Below, piece by piece: positions 51,600-63,827 of a stretch of 63,827 nt of DNA. This DNA is from Ginglymostoma cirratum. Lineage: Eukaryota. Positions within the stretch are counted from its first letter, which is position 1, and each line of letters begins with the position of its first letter. Below the pieces are notes generated by a model. The model was not told the origin of the DNA, searched no databases, and saw only the letters and a list, made by a program, of their open reading frames with translations. The position numbers and the translations under genes were made by a program. Location of the stretch: the NCBI GenBank assembly GCA_024137785.1, contig JAHRHZ010000029.1:27803793-27867619 (forward strand), in the 5' to 3' direction.

Positions 51600-52170
51600 G
51601 CCATTTGGTAAAATTTGATTGATTACCCACGTCAACTCCACCTTCCCACACTCTCTCCCACCCTTTAATATCTATCAATCTGTCACCCATAGATCTAAAC
51701 TCCGCAGCCAGGGAGAACAACATTTCAGCGTCTACCTGCTGAGCCCCTTAAAAAACTTCAACGTTTCAAGGAGATTATCTTGGATTGTTATAAATTCCAG
51801 AGAATGTCAACTCAATTCTTTCCTTCTAGTACAGATCCCTCCTCTCAGGGACCAGGCTAGTGAATCTTTGTCAACTCTTTTCAAGTATACTCCAGGTGTG
51901 GTTTCACCATGGCCCTGTACTGTTAGAGCAAGACTTCATTTCAATACTATTTGCTTTCCTAATTGCTTGCTATACCTGTATTTTAACTTTGTGATTTGTG
52001 TTCAAGAACATACAACGTAGCTCAATCTCACAATTTTAAAAAGTTTAGCTTTTCTACTTTTCCTTCAAAGTGGATAACTTCTCCACACTATATTCATTCT
52101 GCCTTATACTTGCCAATAACTTAATTTGTAAATATTCCTTTAAGCCTCTCTGTGCTATCACCACAACTTA
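51600..52170 (-). mobile_element. Old degenerate CR1 fragment
   Basis: tactccaggtgtggtttcaccatggccctgtac (reverse complement of YRAMVKPHLEY); tttgctttcctaattgcttg. Confidence 0.6.
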
Positions 52171-52283
52171 CAACAGAATTACTTAATTTTTCTGTGCAGT
52201 TATCTGAACCTGATTGAATTCTGACGAAAGGGCTATATAGAGTCTTTTTTGGTTATTTATAGTATTTTTTCTGTATCTTCCAG

Positions 52284-52347
52284 GTCCCATGCTGATATTG
52301 CCATTGGATCTTTGGCCTCTGAAATCCTGAAAATCACTGAGCAGTGA
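52284..52347 (+). CDS. ULK4: ULK4 terminal coding exon
   Basis: Acceptor ttttttctgtatcttccag ends at 52283. The first G completes AGG (R), then SHADIAIGSLASEILKITEQ* (TGA 52345-52347), like the human ULK4 end SFADSAVAPLALEILQAVGH*. The tail-to-tail position next to CTNNB1 matches human synteny. Confidence 0.88.
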
Positions 52348-52846
52348 ACAGGAGGTAACAGTAAAGCTCCCAGTAACATATTGTCACTTGGGGCTGAAGA
52401 CGAATTGACCTTGTCCATTGGTCTCCATGTTGGCTGGTCTTCTTTGAGCAAAAGAAAGGCTTGATTTGATACAAAAGCAATTCCTTCAAAACATTGCTGC
52501 AAAATTGGGAAGAAAGAAACAGTGATGAAAATCACTTTAAAAGGTCATTACTTAGCAACAGGTAAAAAGATGTTTTTGACCATCTTTAATATGATATGAA
52601 GTCTTAGTACAAATGATAAAAGTCAGTGTTTTCCATATGTTTCTTAATAGATTTCTGATTTTCTGAGACTGTACTTCGAAAGAATTTCCATTCCAGTAGT
52701 GTATTTATCTGATAACTTATGACACTTTGGACTTGTTTTTTTTTCTCTTATGAGTTGATATAAGATCCCTAATATTCAAATGTGTAGAAAAATATTTTTC
52801 TTCACTGTATTCCATAAACAGTCTCGAGTTAATATCTGTAAGATAC

Positions 52847-52852
52847 AATAAA
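52847..52852 (+). terminator. ULK4: Candidate ULK4 polyadenylation signal AATAAA
   Basis: First AATAAA I found after the stop codon, about 500 nt downstream; another lies near 53113. There is no transcript evidence to choose between them. Confidence 0.4.
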
Positions 52853-55659
52853 ATTATTTTTTAAGATAACCATAATAGCTTTCTGAGTTTCATACTGCTC
52901 TGCAGTGAAAATGTTTTAAAAATACTGTGTCCTCTTAACCAGATATTTTGTTGCTGACAATTTCAAGAAATCCTCTGCTTGGTCCATGGAGCAGCGATAT
53001 TTTTGAAGTCTTCAACTGGTGTTGTATCAGTGAAACAACAGTAATAATTACACAGAAAATTTGTGCTTCGGAGACATTGTCATTGTATCTTACGCTATTG
53101 AAACTCTGTTAAAATAAAAGGGTAGAACCTTTACTTATGCTTTGCCCACTTGCCTGGTGAGATATTGAGTGTATGGAAACAGGCTGATCTGGAGTTTATG
53201 ATTTTTCTGTGGCAGGTGGATACCATTATTGTTCTCAAAAGCTATTATTGTGCAGTGGAATTTAACCATGGCAATCTCTCTACCAGTCAGAGTCCATCTG
53301 CCAACCCGTAGCACTCTCCTCTCATGTCACATAGACATTGATCTTCCCCTTGAATTCGTATTCTTGTGAAAAGTTCTGTTGATTATAAATGGAAAGCTTC
53401 GACAAAATGTGCCTTTTCCAGTCACACTCAACTTCTGTACCAAATAGCTATAATCTTAAAATGTACAAAAGATCATTTTCTTAATCATTCATATTTTACA
53501 TTGCTTAGCTAGCTGCTATAACATGAAGGCAAGATATTTTAGGGTGTCTGGTTAATCTGGAATTCTGACACTTCAGAATTCTAAAAAAGGAAGAAAATTG
53601 GCAAGAAAAGTGCATATGTCTGCCTGTCTTTCTTTTCCTACCCTCATTCTCAGATTGTTCAATTATTTCGTAATTGATTAGTCTTTAACCCTATGCTACT
53701 TCATTATACAGTTGGCATCAATTTGCTGCAGTCCATCTGCTGTTTTGGATCAGTCACTGGATTGACCTATATTGCAGCAACAGACTCACTTTTAGACAAA
53801 TTGAACACTAAGCTTTGATTAATTAAGTTTCCTCACAGAAGTAAGCAAGTCAAATTATGAAACAGAATGAAGGGAGAATTTGAACTCGTGAATCAGCAGA
53901 CTGAATGACAGCAAGATAATGGTGTAGGAAGCACAGTGCAGTTGATGTGAAGTGTTGTGCTGATGCTGTTTGAGGAGTTTCATCTAAATTGAGAGTAGTT
54001 GCTGAAAGTATAATTTGTGGAAACTCAGGATATTGCAGCAGATTAATATATGGTAGATAGAGCCCTTAGGGAGTGAGAGTGCAGAAGTTTACCACATAAG
54101 ATTATTTTTCTGAAAATTAATAGGCAAGATATACTAAATAGGGCTGTTGAAAGGAGTAGAGAGTGTGCATCATCTTTTTGAACATTAATTGTGTTTACTA
54201 TTTAGACATAACATTGCCCAATTCCACCCCAGCTTAAGCTCATCTGAAACCTTCAATCATGCCTCTGTTGAGACTTGATTTCTGCAAGTCTGCCAGGTGA
54301 AGCTGTGGGAGTAGCTAGTCTGCCAGGCAAGACTGGTGGCGAAAGCAAAAATCATTCAGGCAAGGCTGGGAATTGAGCAGAAAATGGGATAAGCCAATAA
54401 GGGGAACCTAGAACTAGGGAGCATTTTCTAAAAAATAAACTCAGACTTTTCAGAAGTTAAATTAGGAAATACATGGGGTAACTAAAGGGAAGACAGTGGT
54501 GTAATGATAATAGAACAAAGAACAGTACGGCACAAGCACAGGCCCTTCAGCCCTCCAAGCCTGTGCCAACAATTTTCCCTTCCGTACAAAAACTGTCTTC
54601 ACTTACAGGATCCGCATCCTTTTATTTCCTTCCTATTCATGTGTTCATCCAGGTACTTCTTGAATGCTGCTACTGTGTCTGCTTGCACCACCTCCTCTGG
54701 CAGTGGGTTCAAGCACAATGTTACATAATGTCACTGGACTAGTAATTCAGTGGCCCAGGCTCTAGGGACCTGAGTTCAAATCTCATCAAAGTGGCAGCAG
54801 CATGTTTAGAGTCCTTGCTTTTGCGTGTGTCCTTTTTTTAAAAAAAAGCTGCTGTTGCAAAACCAAAAAATTAAGGTTTTCGTTGTGTGTTGTGGCTTTA
54901 AGTTCAATGCTGTGTTGATAATTGAGAATATTGATGAATTCTTCCATGCAAATCCGAATATCCCATACATCAACACAAATATAGAAAATAATGTCACTAC
55001 GTGACTGTATCACCTAATAAAGAAATCAGTGAGAATGTCCCCAATAAAACAATAGGTAGCCTCATGAAAATTTTCTCTTCTGGTATAATATATGATGATG
55101 ATTTCTTTTAAAACAAAATGTGAAAGACTATGTGGAGAGTAATGGGATTTTGTTGGCATTGAGACAATTTTACCAGTGAACAAAATAAACAGTTGTGCAC
55201 ACGGTTTGCCATTTAAACGGTCAGGGGTTCATTAGACGAAATACCCATAGCATGAAAAATAGCTTTAGAATCAGTTTTGACAGTTTAGCAGGGTACTTGG
55301 CTAAAGCTGAATATTTAAAGCAGTTGCTCCTGAGAAAGGGAGAAGACAGTTTAGAATTGTTAAGAGCAAGATTGTTCCAGTGTAAAAGTTTAGTAAACGT
55401 TCCAGACCAGAAATGTTTGGTTAAAATCCTAAAAGGGTTATTTGAAGGTAAGAAAATTTACGCTCAGTTGTATAAATGCTTCAACAAGTGAGTGTTAGAT
55501 TCTCAAGACTGAGAGTTGAAACTTAAGCCATATACGGGTGATAAAGAAGGGAATTCTGTCTGTCTTGAGTTTATAAAGGGGTTCTTTTGGGTTTAATGGG
55601 ATTATATTTTTATAATTTGTTTCAAAATCTTTAGAGGTGTGTTTTAGATATAAATAAAG

Positions 55660-55782
55660 TAGTTCTGAAGGGTCTCCTTCAGAAGTGAAGTCTTCAGAAC
55701 TACACCCGAAACGTTGACTCTGCTTTTTCTCCACAGATGCTGCCAAACCTGCTGAGTTTCTACAGTAATTTCTGTTTTTACT
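55660..55782 (+). mobile_element. Rearranged family-B pLTR
   Basis: cccgaaacgttgactctgctttttctccacagatgctgccaaacctgctgagtttc. Confidence 0.7.
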
Positions 55783-56894
55783 GTATGTAAACAGTCAGTC
55801 AATTCTATTTTATCATCACTAATTTATGTTTTATTGCTAAAATCAAATCGCAGTGTGCTTATGTTTCAGTGAGACCACCTTGTTAAAATGAAAAATATGA
55901 TCTATCAAGCCACATTTCAGACTGGGGTCTAACTTGTCAAGTAATAATATCAGCTGGGATCATTATACTGGTCAAAGAGCTTCCTTAGACTCTGGGGAAG
56001 GTCACTACAAGACTGCAATGTAAAAGCAATGTTCTTGGAGTGTAAGATCGAGCTGAGACTTTAATCTTCAACAACAAAGTTTGGGCTACACTTTTGTCAT
56101 CACCTTTGCCCCCAGAGAAACTTTCGAGCGGCAGCTTTAGCTTGTTAAATGTACTTCTGCTAGCCTGCAGTGTTGATACCGGTTATTTATATTCCACTGT
56201 TGCTGTTGAAATTGAGACTGCTGTGAATGAAAGTACTATTGTGAAGATGTGTTAAGATATAAGTGGGGTGATAAATATCTGCCTTTATCGTACAAGCATG
56301 AAAATCTTGGAAGAAAATGTTGTATGTGACCTTCCAATGGTTGGTAATGGAACCAGAGGTGCACACATGCATTTCTAATAGGAAGTGTGTCGGATTCTGT
56401 CTTGATAAAGGTTTACAAATGCGTACTTAACCATGCTAAGTTGACAGATTACCTGATCAGGCAGCTTGCAAGGCAGGTTTTATGCCACCATTGCCCTTCT
56501 TGCACACCATTCTCTAGCCTGAGCCTGTGCACTATCTCACAAGAGCTGATCACAATGCTAAATGGCATGAAGAAGCCCATCCTTCTTTACCAGTGCTACT
56601 TAAAGAGATCAACAATTATCTACACGTTGGTTGCTGGATTATTTCTTCTGACTGTATGGTGTATTTTATAAACTTTTGCATTTCCTATTCTTGCCTGAAG
56701 TTTCAGTAATTTACAGGGTTCTGACTGGTATTTCAGTCCTTCTTCATTGATTTAAAAGCTTGTGCTGGAACAGATTGTTTTCTGACATGGGTGGCCTGGT
56801 ATGTCTTCTTCTTGGTATTGAACACCGTGGAAGAATGATGAGAGGGCACACAGGGCAGGACAAGCTACTAGGAGGGAAAGGAGGACTTTTCAGC

Positions 56895-57350
56895 TGGGTT
56901 AGGAGGGCATATCCACCAAGGATCTATAGGGAGCAATACCCTTACCTCAGTTTCAATGAGCTGAGATGTCTTCACTTTATTGAACAGGCCATGTTTGAAA
57001 TCTGCCAATTGGTGCAGTTACAACTGCAGCCTCAGCTGTTAAGGTGACAAGCCTTTGCTTTTATACTGCTTTTCTGCTTCTTTCCAGGCTGTTTCAGGAA
57101 CTGTCACCAACATCTTGCAGTTTGCTGTATACTGCTGTATAAGTGAGGTCATTGAGTCTCTCAACACAGGGAGATGGCTTCATCTCATTCCTTCTAGCCA
57201 GAGGTGAGCAGTGGAGCAAGCACAAGTCTTTACACAGACTGCAGCCTCACACATGAGCTGGAGTGCCATTGAATGCACATGCTTTGCATGAATTCAGCCA
57301 TCTTCACTATCTGTGGGGGATTTCGTTCAATCCATATATTATTTGGATGT
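56895..57350 (+). mobile_element. PIF/Harbinger transposase relic
   Basis: YPPRIYREQYPYLSFNE..LHF...EICQLVQLQLQP, then frameshifted VKVT..L.FY..ASFQA and GF.SI-like segments resembling the HARBI1-type N-terminus. Confidence 0.5.
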
Positions 57351-58719
57351 GACCACAGGCCATGGAGGGAACTGTCCATTATCCAGACACTAGTCAGGAT
57401 TCCCTCATAGTGTTGCAAGTCAAATATTACTGCATGGCTGCTTAGCAACAACGTTATCCACTCATGACTCCCCATTGGAACCTACACACACAAGCATAGC
57501 AGGTCTATATTGAGGGCCATGTTGCCATAGGGAATACCACACCTTCAGCATCCTTGAATAACATTTCTGCTGCTTGCACCACTTTGGAGGAAGCTTACAG
57601 GACTCTGGGTTGGGTAACAGGTGCAGTCGTTTGCTGCGAGCTGTTCAAACTGGTCACTGAGGACAATTATCTTTGTCACTATGTAAACAGCAAGAAGCTA
57701 AGGTAGATTCTCTCTAGGCTGTGCATGATCAAACAATTAATAGCGATATCATTAACCTCAGCTGCACCTTCCCACTTGCCAACAGCCCACACTCCTTACC
57801 TTTCCTCTGTCATTAACATTGCATTGCCCCGTCCTGATGACACAAAAATAAAATTGACCACAACATGCATGTTCCAATCTAAAATATATTAATTCAACTG
57901 TACGCCTGCATTCTTAGCACAGTCCATCCTAGCTTGATCTCATTTTGATGTCTGAGATTTGCATGACGTTTGGGTGAAAATGTGGGGGTACATGAATCTT
58001 CTTAATAAGACCATTTCTAGGGAATAATAGCAAATTTAAGAAGGGAGATAAATTACTGGCCCCTGGATTGTTGATGGTAATTGGATAATTTTCCAGAAAG
58101 GCAAATGATCATTGGTTTCAGTAATTGGCTCAAGATGGACTGTAAAGGAAAACTAGTGTTTGGCAATAACTGGAAAATATTTTCTAAGGAGGAACAATTT
58201 TTAGAGGGCCAGATTCATCAGAAAAGGCTGGAGACTAGGAGACTGGTTCAGAAAGTAGATGGTGCCTTTGTGAAGTATTTAAACTAATTGGAATCAGAAA
58301 TGCCCTAATATGTATTTATTCTGGCACCAGGGAACATATGACAACTTTTATTAGTCACTATTTAATACATTTAAATGACAGAAATCAAATTAGTTTACAT
58401 GTGAGGAAGAACCAAATAAACCATTCAGGAAATTCCTAAAAACGTTTTTACATGAATTCTACAGAAGAATTTAAGATAAAGTACCGGAATTACATATGTG
58501 TTTCAAGAAAGTTCAGACATAAATGCTATTTCTGAATCCCTTTTCAAGAATGGCATTGGAGCAGAAAAGGTTTGACAGGATTCAGTAAAAAGTTGTTGGG
58601 ATATCTGTATGTATGGGAGCAAGAATATTGATCAAACAGAGAGAGCTGAAATAGCTAAGGAGCAATTGAAGAAGTTCAAGGCCATTTGGCCCATTAGGGG
58701 AGAAAGAGTGTATGAGGGA

Positions 58720-59530
58720 GAGAACCTTTCCGAGTGCATGTAAATCCTATCCCTCAGAATCCTCTCCAACAACTTACCCACCATTGACGTGAAGCTCACT
58801 GGTCTGTAGTTTCCTGGCTTTTCCTTACAGCCTTTCATAAATAATAGCACCACATTAGCCAACCTCCAATCTTCTGGCACCTCACCTGTGGCTGTTGATG
58901 ATACAGATATCTCAGCAAGGAGCCCAACAATCTCTTCCTTGGCTTCCCACAAACGTTCTGGGAAACACCTGGTCAGATCTTGGGGATTTATCTACCTTTG
59001 TATGTTTAAGACCTTTTGTACCTCCACTTCTGTAATATAAATGCCTTTTGAGTCATCAATATTTATTTCGCAAAGTACCCTAGCTTCCATGTCCTTCTCC
59101 ACAATAAAGACTGATAGGAGATTTAATGTGTTTAGTATCTCACCCATCTCCTGTATTTCCACACATAGATGGCCACGTTGATCTTTAAGGGGCCGGATTC
59201 TCTCACTAGTTACTCCTTTGCACATAACGTACTTTGGAATCTCTTTGCAATTCTCCTCAACTCTATTTGCCAAAGCTATCTCATGTCTCCTTTTTGCCCT
59301 CCTGAATTTCCTTCTTTAGTAATACGCCTGCTGCCCTTTTATACTCTAGGGATTCATTCGATCCCAGGTCTCCACACCTGATATATGCCTGTTTCATGAC
59401 CAGAGTCTCAATTTCTGTAGTCATCCAGCATTCCCTACACCTACCAGCCTCATCCTTTGCACTAACAGGAACATGCTATCTCAGAACTCTCTCTACTTCA
59501 TTTTTAAGGGCCTACCATTTCCCAGCCATT
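58720..59530 (-). mobile_element. CR1 ORF2 internal fragment
   Basis: TGEVPEDWRLANVVLLFMKGCKEKPGNYRPVSFTSMVGKLLERILRDRI. Confidence 0.92.
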
Positions 59531-59589
59531 GCTGAACTGTCAAGAGAGCATTATCCTGAGCTCAAGGTGAACCCCTTATTTTTATAAAA

Positions 59590-60330
59590 ATCATTAGATG
59601 TGGGAACTCTGACTATACCAGCATTTATTGTACATCCCCAAATACCCTTGAGACACTGGTGGTGAACCACCTCCTCGAATCACAACAATCCAAGTATGGT
59701 AGGTACATCCACAATGCTGTTGAGGGAATTCCAGATTTTTGATCCAGTGAGTGTTAAGGAATGCTAATATATTGCCAAGTCAGGATTGTGGGGGTCTTGG
59801 AGGGGAACGTGCAAGTGGTGGTGTTCCCACACATCTGTGATTCTAAGTAGGGCAGGCCAGGTTGGGAAAGTGCTTTCCGAAAAACCACGGACAACTTGTG
59901 GCTGCACTATCTACAAGGTATATTGCAACTAGACCTTGATGGTGGAGGAAGTGAATGTTGAATGTGGATGGGATGCCAATTAAGCAGACTGCTTTACGCT
60001 GCTTGGTGTCAAACTTCTTGAAGCAGAACCAATCTGGACAAGTGGAGATTATTGCATCATAGTCTTTTGTAGTTTTCTGACAGGCTTGGAGGTATTACTC
60101 ACAACAGGATTCCCAGCCTCTGCACTGCTGTTATAGTCACAGTATTAATGATTGGTCCAGTTCAGTTTCTGATCAATGGTCAGCCTAGAATACTGATTGT
60201 GGGCTTTCAGTGATAGTAATGCCATCGAAAAGCTAGGATTCATTTTTGTTAAGAGTTTAATCATTACTTGTCACTTGCCTACCAACCCAAGTCAGTGTTT
60301 AGATCTTAATATATTTGGACACAGACTGCT
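59590..60330 (-). mobile_element. LINE 3' fragment sharing its tail with the local tRNA-SINE family
   Basis: ccagcatttattg...ccttgaga...ggtggtga...gagggaattccag, also at 22705-22930 (-) and 33730-33980 (+). Confidence 0.6.
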
Positions 60331-61559
60331 TTATCAGCCTGTGGAGGTGCTGATGTTGGTCTGAGGTGGACAAGGTCAGATATCACGACACCAGGTTATA
60401 GCCCAACAGGTTTATTTGAAAACAGAAGTTTCTTTAGGTGTCGATTAGATAAGGATGTATTAAACAAACCCAAGATGCTGTTAAATCTTTAACAGGTTTC
60501 AATTGATTAATATGTATATGTAAATACCCAAACTTCTTTCAAGGCACTATCCTGAGAGAACTAAAGGTTTTTTCTTTACACTGATGAGGTAACATTTTAG
60601 GTCAAACAATGCACGTTACGTGAGAGACCTTGTTTAGAATCAGTTTGTGTTTTGCATTGGAGATAGACTGGCTTTATTTCTAAAGTAGGAATTTATAAAA
60701 TGCCACTGACTAACTGTCTATAAGTTGCACTTTTTGAACAAAACAGAATGCATCTCCAAATACAAGTTCACCCCACAAATTTACATGTTTGTACCTATGT
60801 GTGTGAGAGCAAGTGTACAAAGGGACAGCAAGCGAGCATGCTCGAGGGAGAAAGTTTGGCATTTGTTGCATGTCCATTATCAGAGGAGTCCTGATTAGTA
60901 TTGAACATGTGGAGCCACTGAAAACTCCCATCTCTAACCTTACAAAGGGAAGGTCATTGATGAGAGAGCTGAAGGTGATTGAGTGTAGGACACTACCAAG
61001 GTCGAGGGGGCTTATGGTGTCACACCCACCTCAGGCCCAGCTAGTGACACCTACGTCGTGTATGAATAAAACTATGCAGCAGTCACTCCTACGGATTCTG
61101 GCTTGAACAGATGCATCTGACAGATAGGTCACTGAAAACCTAGCCCAGTGAATGCTCAGACCAACTACAGCATCCAAACAGAAGTCATCAAATACTACAC
61201 TAAGATATACAGCCTGCACAGCTACATGCTGACATTCAGAAAATTTACAGTATAGTTGATATTAAGGTGTTTGCAATTTTTGTTTTAAAGAGCTTTAATT
61301 ACCAATTCTGTTCAAAGAAAAAGTATCAGTGTGAACTTAATATGTAAGAATATTGGCCACATCACATATTCAGTGCCCCTTTAAGTGGGGTGACTGTATA
61401 AGATTGTGTACGAATGAAGCATCCTATAGAAAGATTATGGGAATTTTCAACCTGTTTTATTCAATCAACTTATACATATTTGAAATTACCTAAGAGGAGT
61501 CAATTCCTTAAGCGATATATAAACTTAATATTGGTGCTCTAGTAAGTCAGTCACACACA

Positions 61560-62346
61560 AAAAATGAAATAAGTCCAGTTTAATTCTGTTTCTACAACCG
61601 CATATATCCATTAAGCATCTGCATTGCAGGATACAATAGCTTTTTTTGGGGGGAGGGGATTTAAAAGAGGGATGGAGGAGTGTCCTCTCATTAAACTATT
61701 ACAACCATTGCAGAAAAGACAGTTCTATTTAGCCTTCCCAAAAATTCCCAGGATGAAGCAATATAGATCAAACACATTTCATTTCACCTGCTTGCGTTTC
61801 TCAGCGTATTAAAAGTAACTGCAAGTGGACTTTCATCTAATTTCACATTTTTTTATACAAAAGCTACACAGTGTTACACTTCAGAATACAATTAAATCTA
61901 TTATGAATTGGTGCTCTACACAATTACTTCAGTTATTAAAAATCGAGAACGGCTATAACATTGCCACTATAACTTAATGCTACGATACTATGTTAAAGGA
62001 ATATCATTTACTGTTCTATTCTACTTCAAAGCAAGCTACGTCAGTACCGTTACAGAAATTTTTAAAAAAATAATAAAAAAGTTAACAGGCAAGGCTAGAG
62101 TTTTTAATAAGTTCCATCTCTTGATCCATCTTGAACGTTCTTCAAAAGTAGGCAGTCATTTTCAAATTCATTCCCTCCATTACTCCTCGACCAACGGACC
62201 AGAACAAAAAGTTTACTTTGATTGTTCCCACAGGAAACTCAGCTTTTTGTTAGTGTCAGGCACTTTCTGAGAAACTAGCCCACCCCTCGAGCCCTCTCAG
62301 CAATTCTACAGGCCAATCACAATGCAAGTTCATTCAGACAGTACAA
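61560..62346 (-). promoter_or_regulatory. CTNNB1: CTNNB1 terminal 3'UTR exon, highly conserved
   Basis: Minus-strand block GAACTTGCATTGTGATTGGCCTGTAGAATTGCTGAGAGGGCTCGAGGGGTGGGCT...CTCAGAAAGTGCCTGACAC...AAGTAAACTTTTTGTTCTGGTCC is nearly identical to the human CTNNB1 3'UTR as I recall it. The rest is AU-rich. Confidence 0.85.
61579..61584 (-). terminator. CTNNB1: CTNNB1 polyadenylation signal ATTAAA
   Basis: Minus strand ATGCGGTTGTAGAAACAGAATTAAAC followed by U/GU-rich TTTTTGTGTGTGACT; the context resembles the human 3' end. A further AATAAA lies at 61461-61456. Confidence 0.65.
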
Positions 62347-62498
62347 CTGCAGAAAAGAAAAGAAAAAAAACTTACTTAACTATAAAGCAAAAGTAAAATG
62401 ATTAAAACGCCATTTAAAAAATTTGACCACAAGTACAAGTGGAAATTGCAATGGTCGCAAGTTAGCTAACAATTCATCCTTCTAAATGATGTTCATAC
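62347..62498 (-). other. CTNNB1: Intron within the CTNNB1 3'UTR (donor 18 nt after stop; proximal acceptor)
   Basis: Minus strand reads TAA ATAGAATCTGCATAATAG|GTATGA (GT at 62498-62497) and TTTTTTTCTTTTCTTTTCTGCAG|TTGTAC (exon resumes 62346). A second acceptor GGTCGAG|GAGTAA resumes at 62185. Confidence 0.75.
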
Positions 62499-62516
62499 CT
62501 ATTATGCAGATTCTAT

Positions 62517-62725
62517 TTACAAGTCTGTATCAAACCAGGCCAGCTGATTACTGTCACCTGGGGGAAGCCCATCCATCAAGTCCTGGGCATGTCCAAGGTC
62601 TGGCAGCCCATCAACTGGGTACTCTGCACCAGGGTGGTGACCACCCATATCATGCTCCATCATCGGATCAATACCCATGGTGTCTTGTCCATATCCGCCT
62701 GGATGGTAAGAGCGAAAGCTAGGAT
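62517..62725 (-). CDS. CTNNB1: Beta-catenin last coding exon (209 nt, phase 1 start)
   Basis: Translates to (D)[68 protein letters not shown], the beta-catenin C-terminus with the DTDL PDZ-binding motif. The acceptor TAG is at 62728-62726 on the minus strand. Confidence 0.98.
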
Positions 62726-63827
62726 CTATATTCACAGAATAATGGCAGGACAAGCAAAAAGGGAAATGGGTTAAGTGTTTGGAGGGTTCAGGAAAGAACA
62801 ATAGAAAGTGGAATAAAATGAAAACAAATGACAGGCATTAAAACAGCATCAAAAAAGTGAGAACATATCCATATTCTCCAGCTTTTAGCAGCTGTGCCAA
62901 GTGAAAAAGCATTAAAGGCCGAGGCTACATTCATTACTCAACAATTACTGCATTGTTCAAATAAAACAGCCCTTTCTTTTCTGAAGAGGCTGCAAAGGCA
63001 TAAGGCACAATATTGTCAGCAGCATACCAGTGATGAAATAAACTATACAAGCCATATTCAAGGGAGGCAGGCAAGGTAAATTATTCAAAGACCAAGAATT
63101 GCTCTTACAAATAAGTATGAAAACTTGTGCTAATCACAAGGACTGGTAAAGTCACATCCTTAGTTCAAGTCAGGAACTTGATGTAACCTTTTAGTCAATT
63201 TTGAAACCATTCAAGCACCAGACATTTCAGATATACTGGATTTAGGAACCCATATTTTTGGAGACAAAGACTTCATACCAGCATACTAAATTACTCAATT
63301 TATATTATACAATGAGATAATCTGTCCCCCAATTTTTGCTTTAACATTAGCGCTCTAGTTTTTCTCTTCATTTGTCTCCTTTAATTGCCAGCTAGATTAA
63401 CTGTTCAGTTTCTGTAGGTCATGGTTTTAAAAAGGTTTTCCTTTGATAGAGTGCCCCACAACATTCCTCCATTTGGCTCTCATCTCCCACAATTTTGTAG
63501 ATTAAAAGGGTAATGCCACAGCCTACTGGAATCATGGATCACAAATCACCTGGAATCTGGTAACACTAACACATGGACTTGGCTATAATTACTTAAGAGT
63601 TAGAGTAACCTTAAAAGAAACACTTGTATTATTCAAGCAAAGCCAAAATACTTGAACAGATAGTCAACGATAAAAATTCAGTTCAAACTCTCCAGTGTGG
63701 AATGAGGTAATTAAACCCATCAAGTTTCTACCAACCATCCAAACAGCTTGCCACCCAGACTCAACCTCCACCCTTTCCCATTAGCCCGCATTTACCATGG
63801 CTAATCCACCTACTCTGCACATCCCTG

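Noticed and set aside
62726-62801. N-terminal extension of ORF 62517..62801 ([10 protein letters not shown]...)
   Set aside because: Intronic read-through upstream of the CTNNB1 splice acceptor; not beta-catenin sequence.

Overview
Vertebrate genomic DNA, almost certainly from a shark or other cartilaginous fish, judging by the HE1-like V-SINEs, Deu-type SINEs and dense CR1 LINEs. About 90% of the window is intron or intergenic sequence. It holds the convergent 3' ends of two genes. ULK4 is on the + strand: I read its last two coding exons at 44529-44617 and 52284-52347, both missed by the ORF track, so 1-44528 is apparently one very long intron. CTNNB1 (beta-catenin) is on the - strand: last coding exon 62725-62517, then an alternatively spliced, deeply conserved 3'UTR ending near 61560. 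The rest is mostly transposon debris: CR1, L2 and RTE LINEs, tRNA-derived SINEs, solo LTRs and a Harbinger relic. The most striking structure is a set of Penelope-like elements (PLEs). One Neptune-type copy has RT (YIDD), a Cys linker and a GIY-YIG endonuclease. About 20 short PLE terminal repeats from at least three families each carry a minimal hammerhead-ribozyme motif. Several of these form tiny (190-550 bp) non-coding fold-back elements: two hammerhead arms head to head, a 30-35 nt tail on one arm only, and 14-16 bp target-site duplications; some are nested inside one another. The ULK4 penultimate exon also starts with a perfect recursive-splice-like CAG|GTGAGT. Gene and repeat-family names come from remembered sequence similarity, not database searches, and repeat boundaries are approximate.
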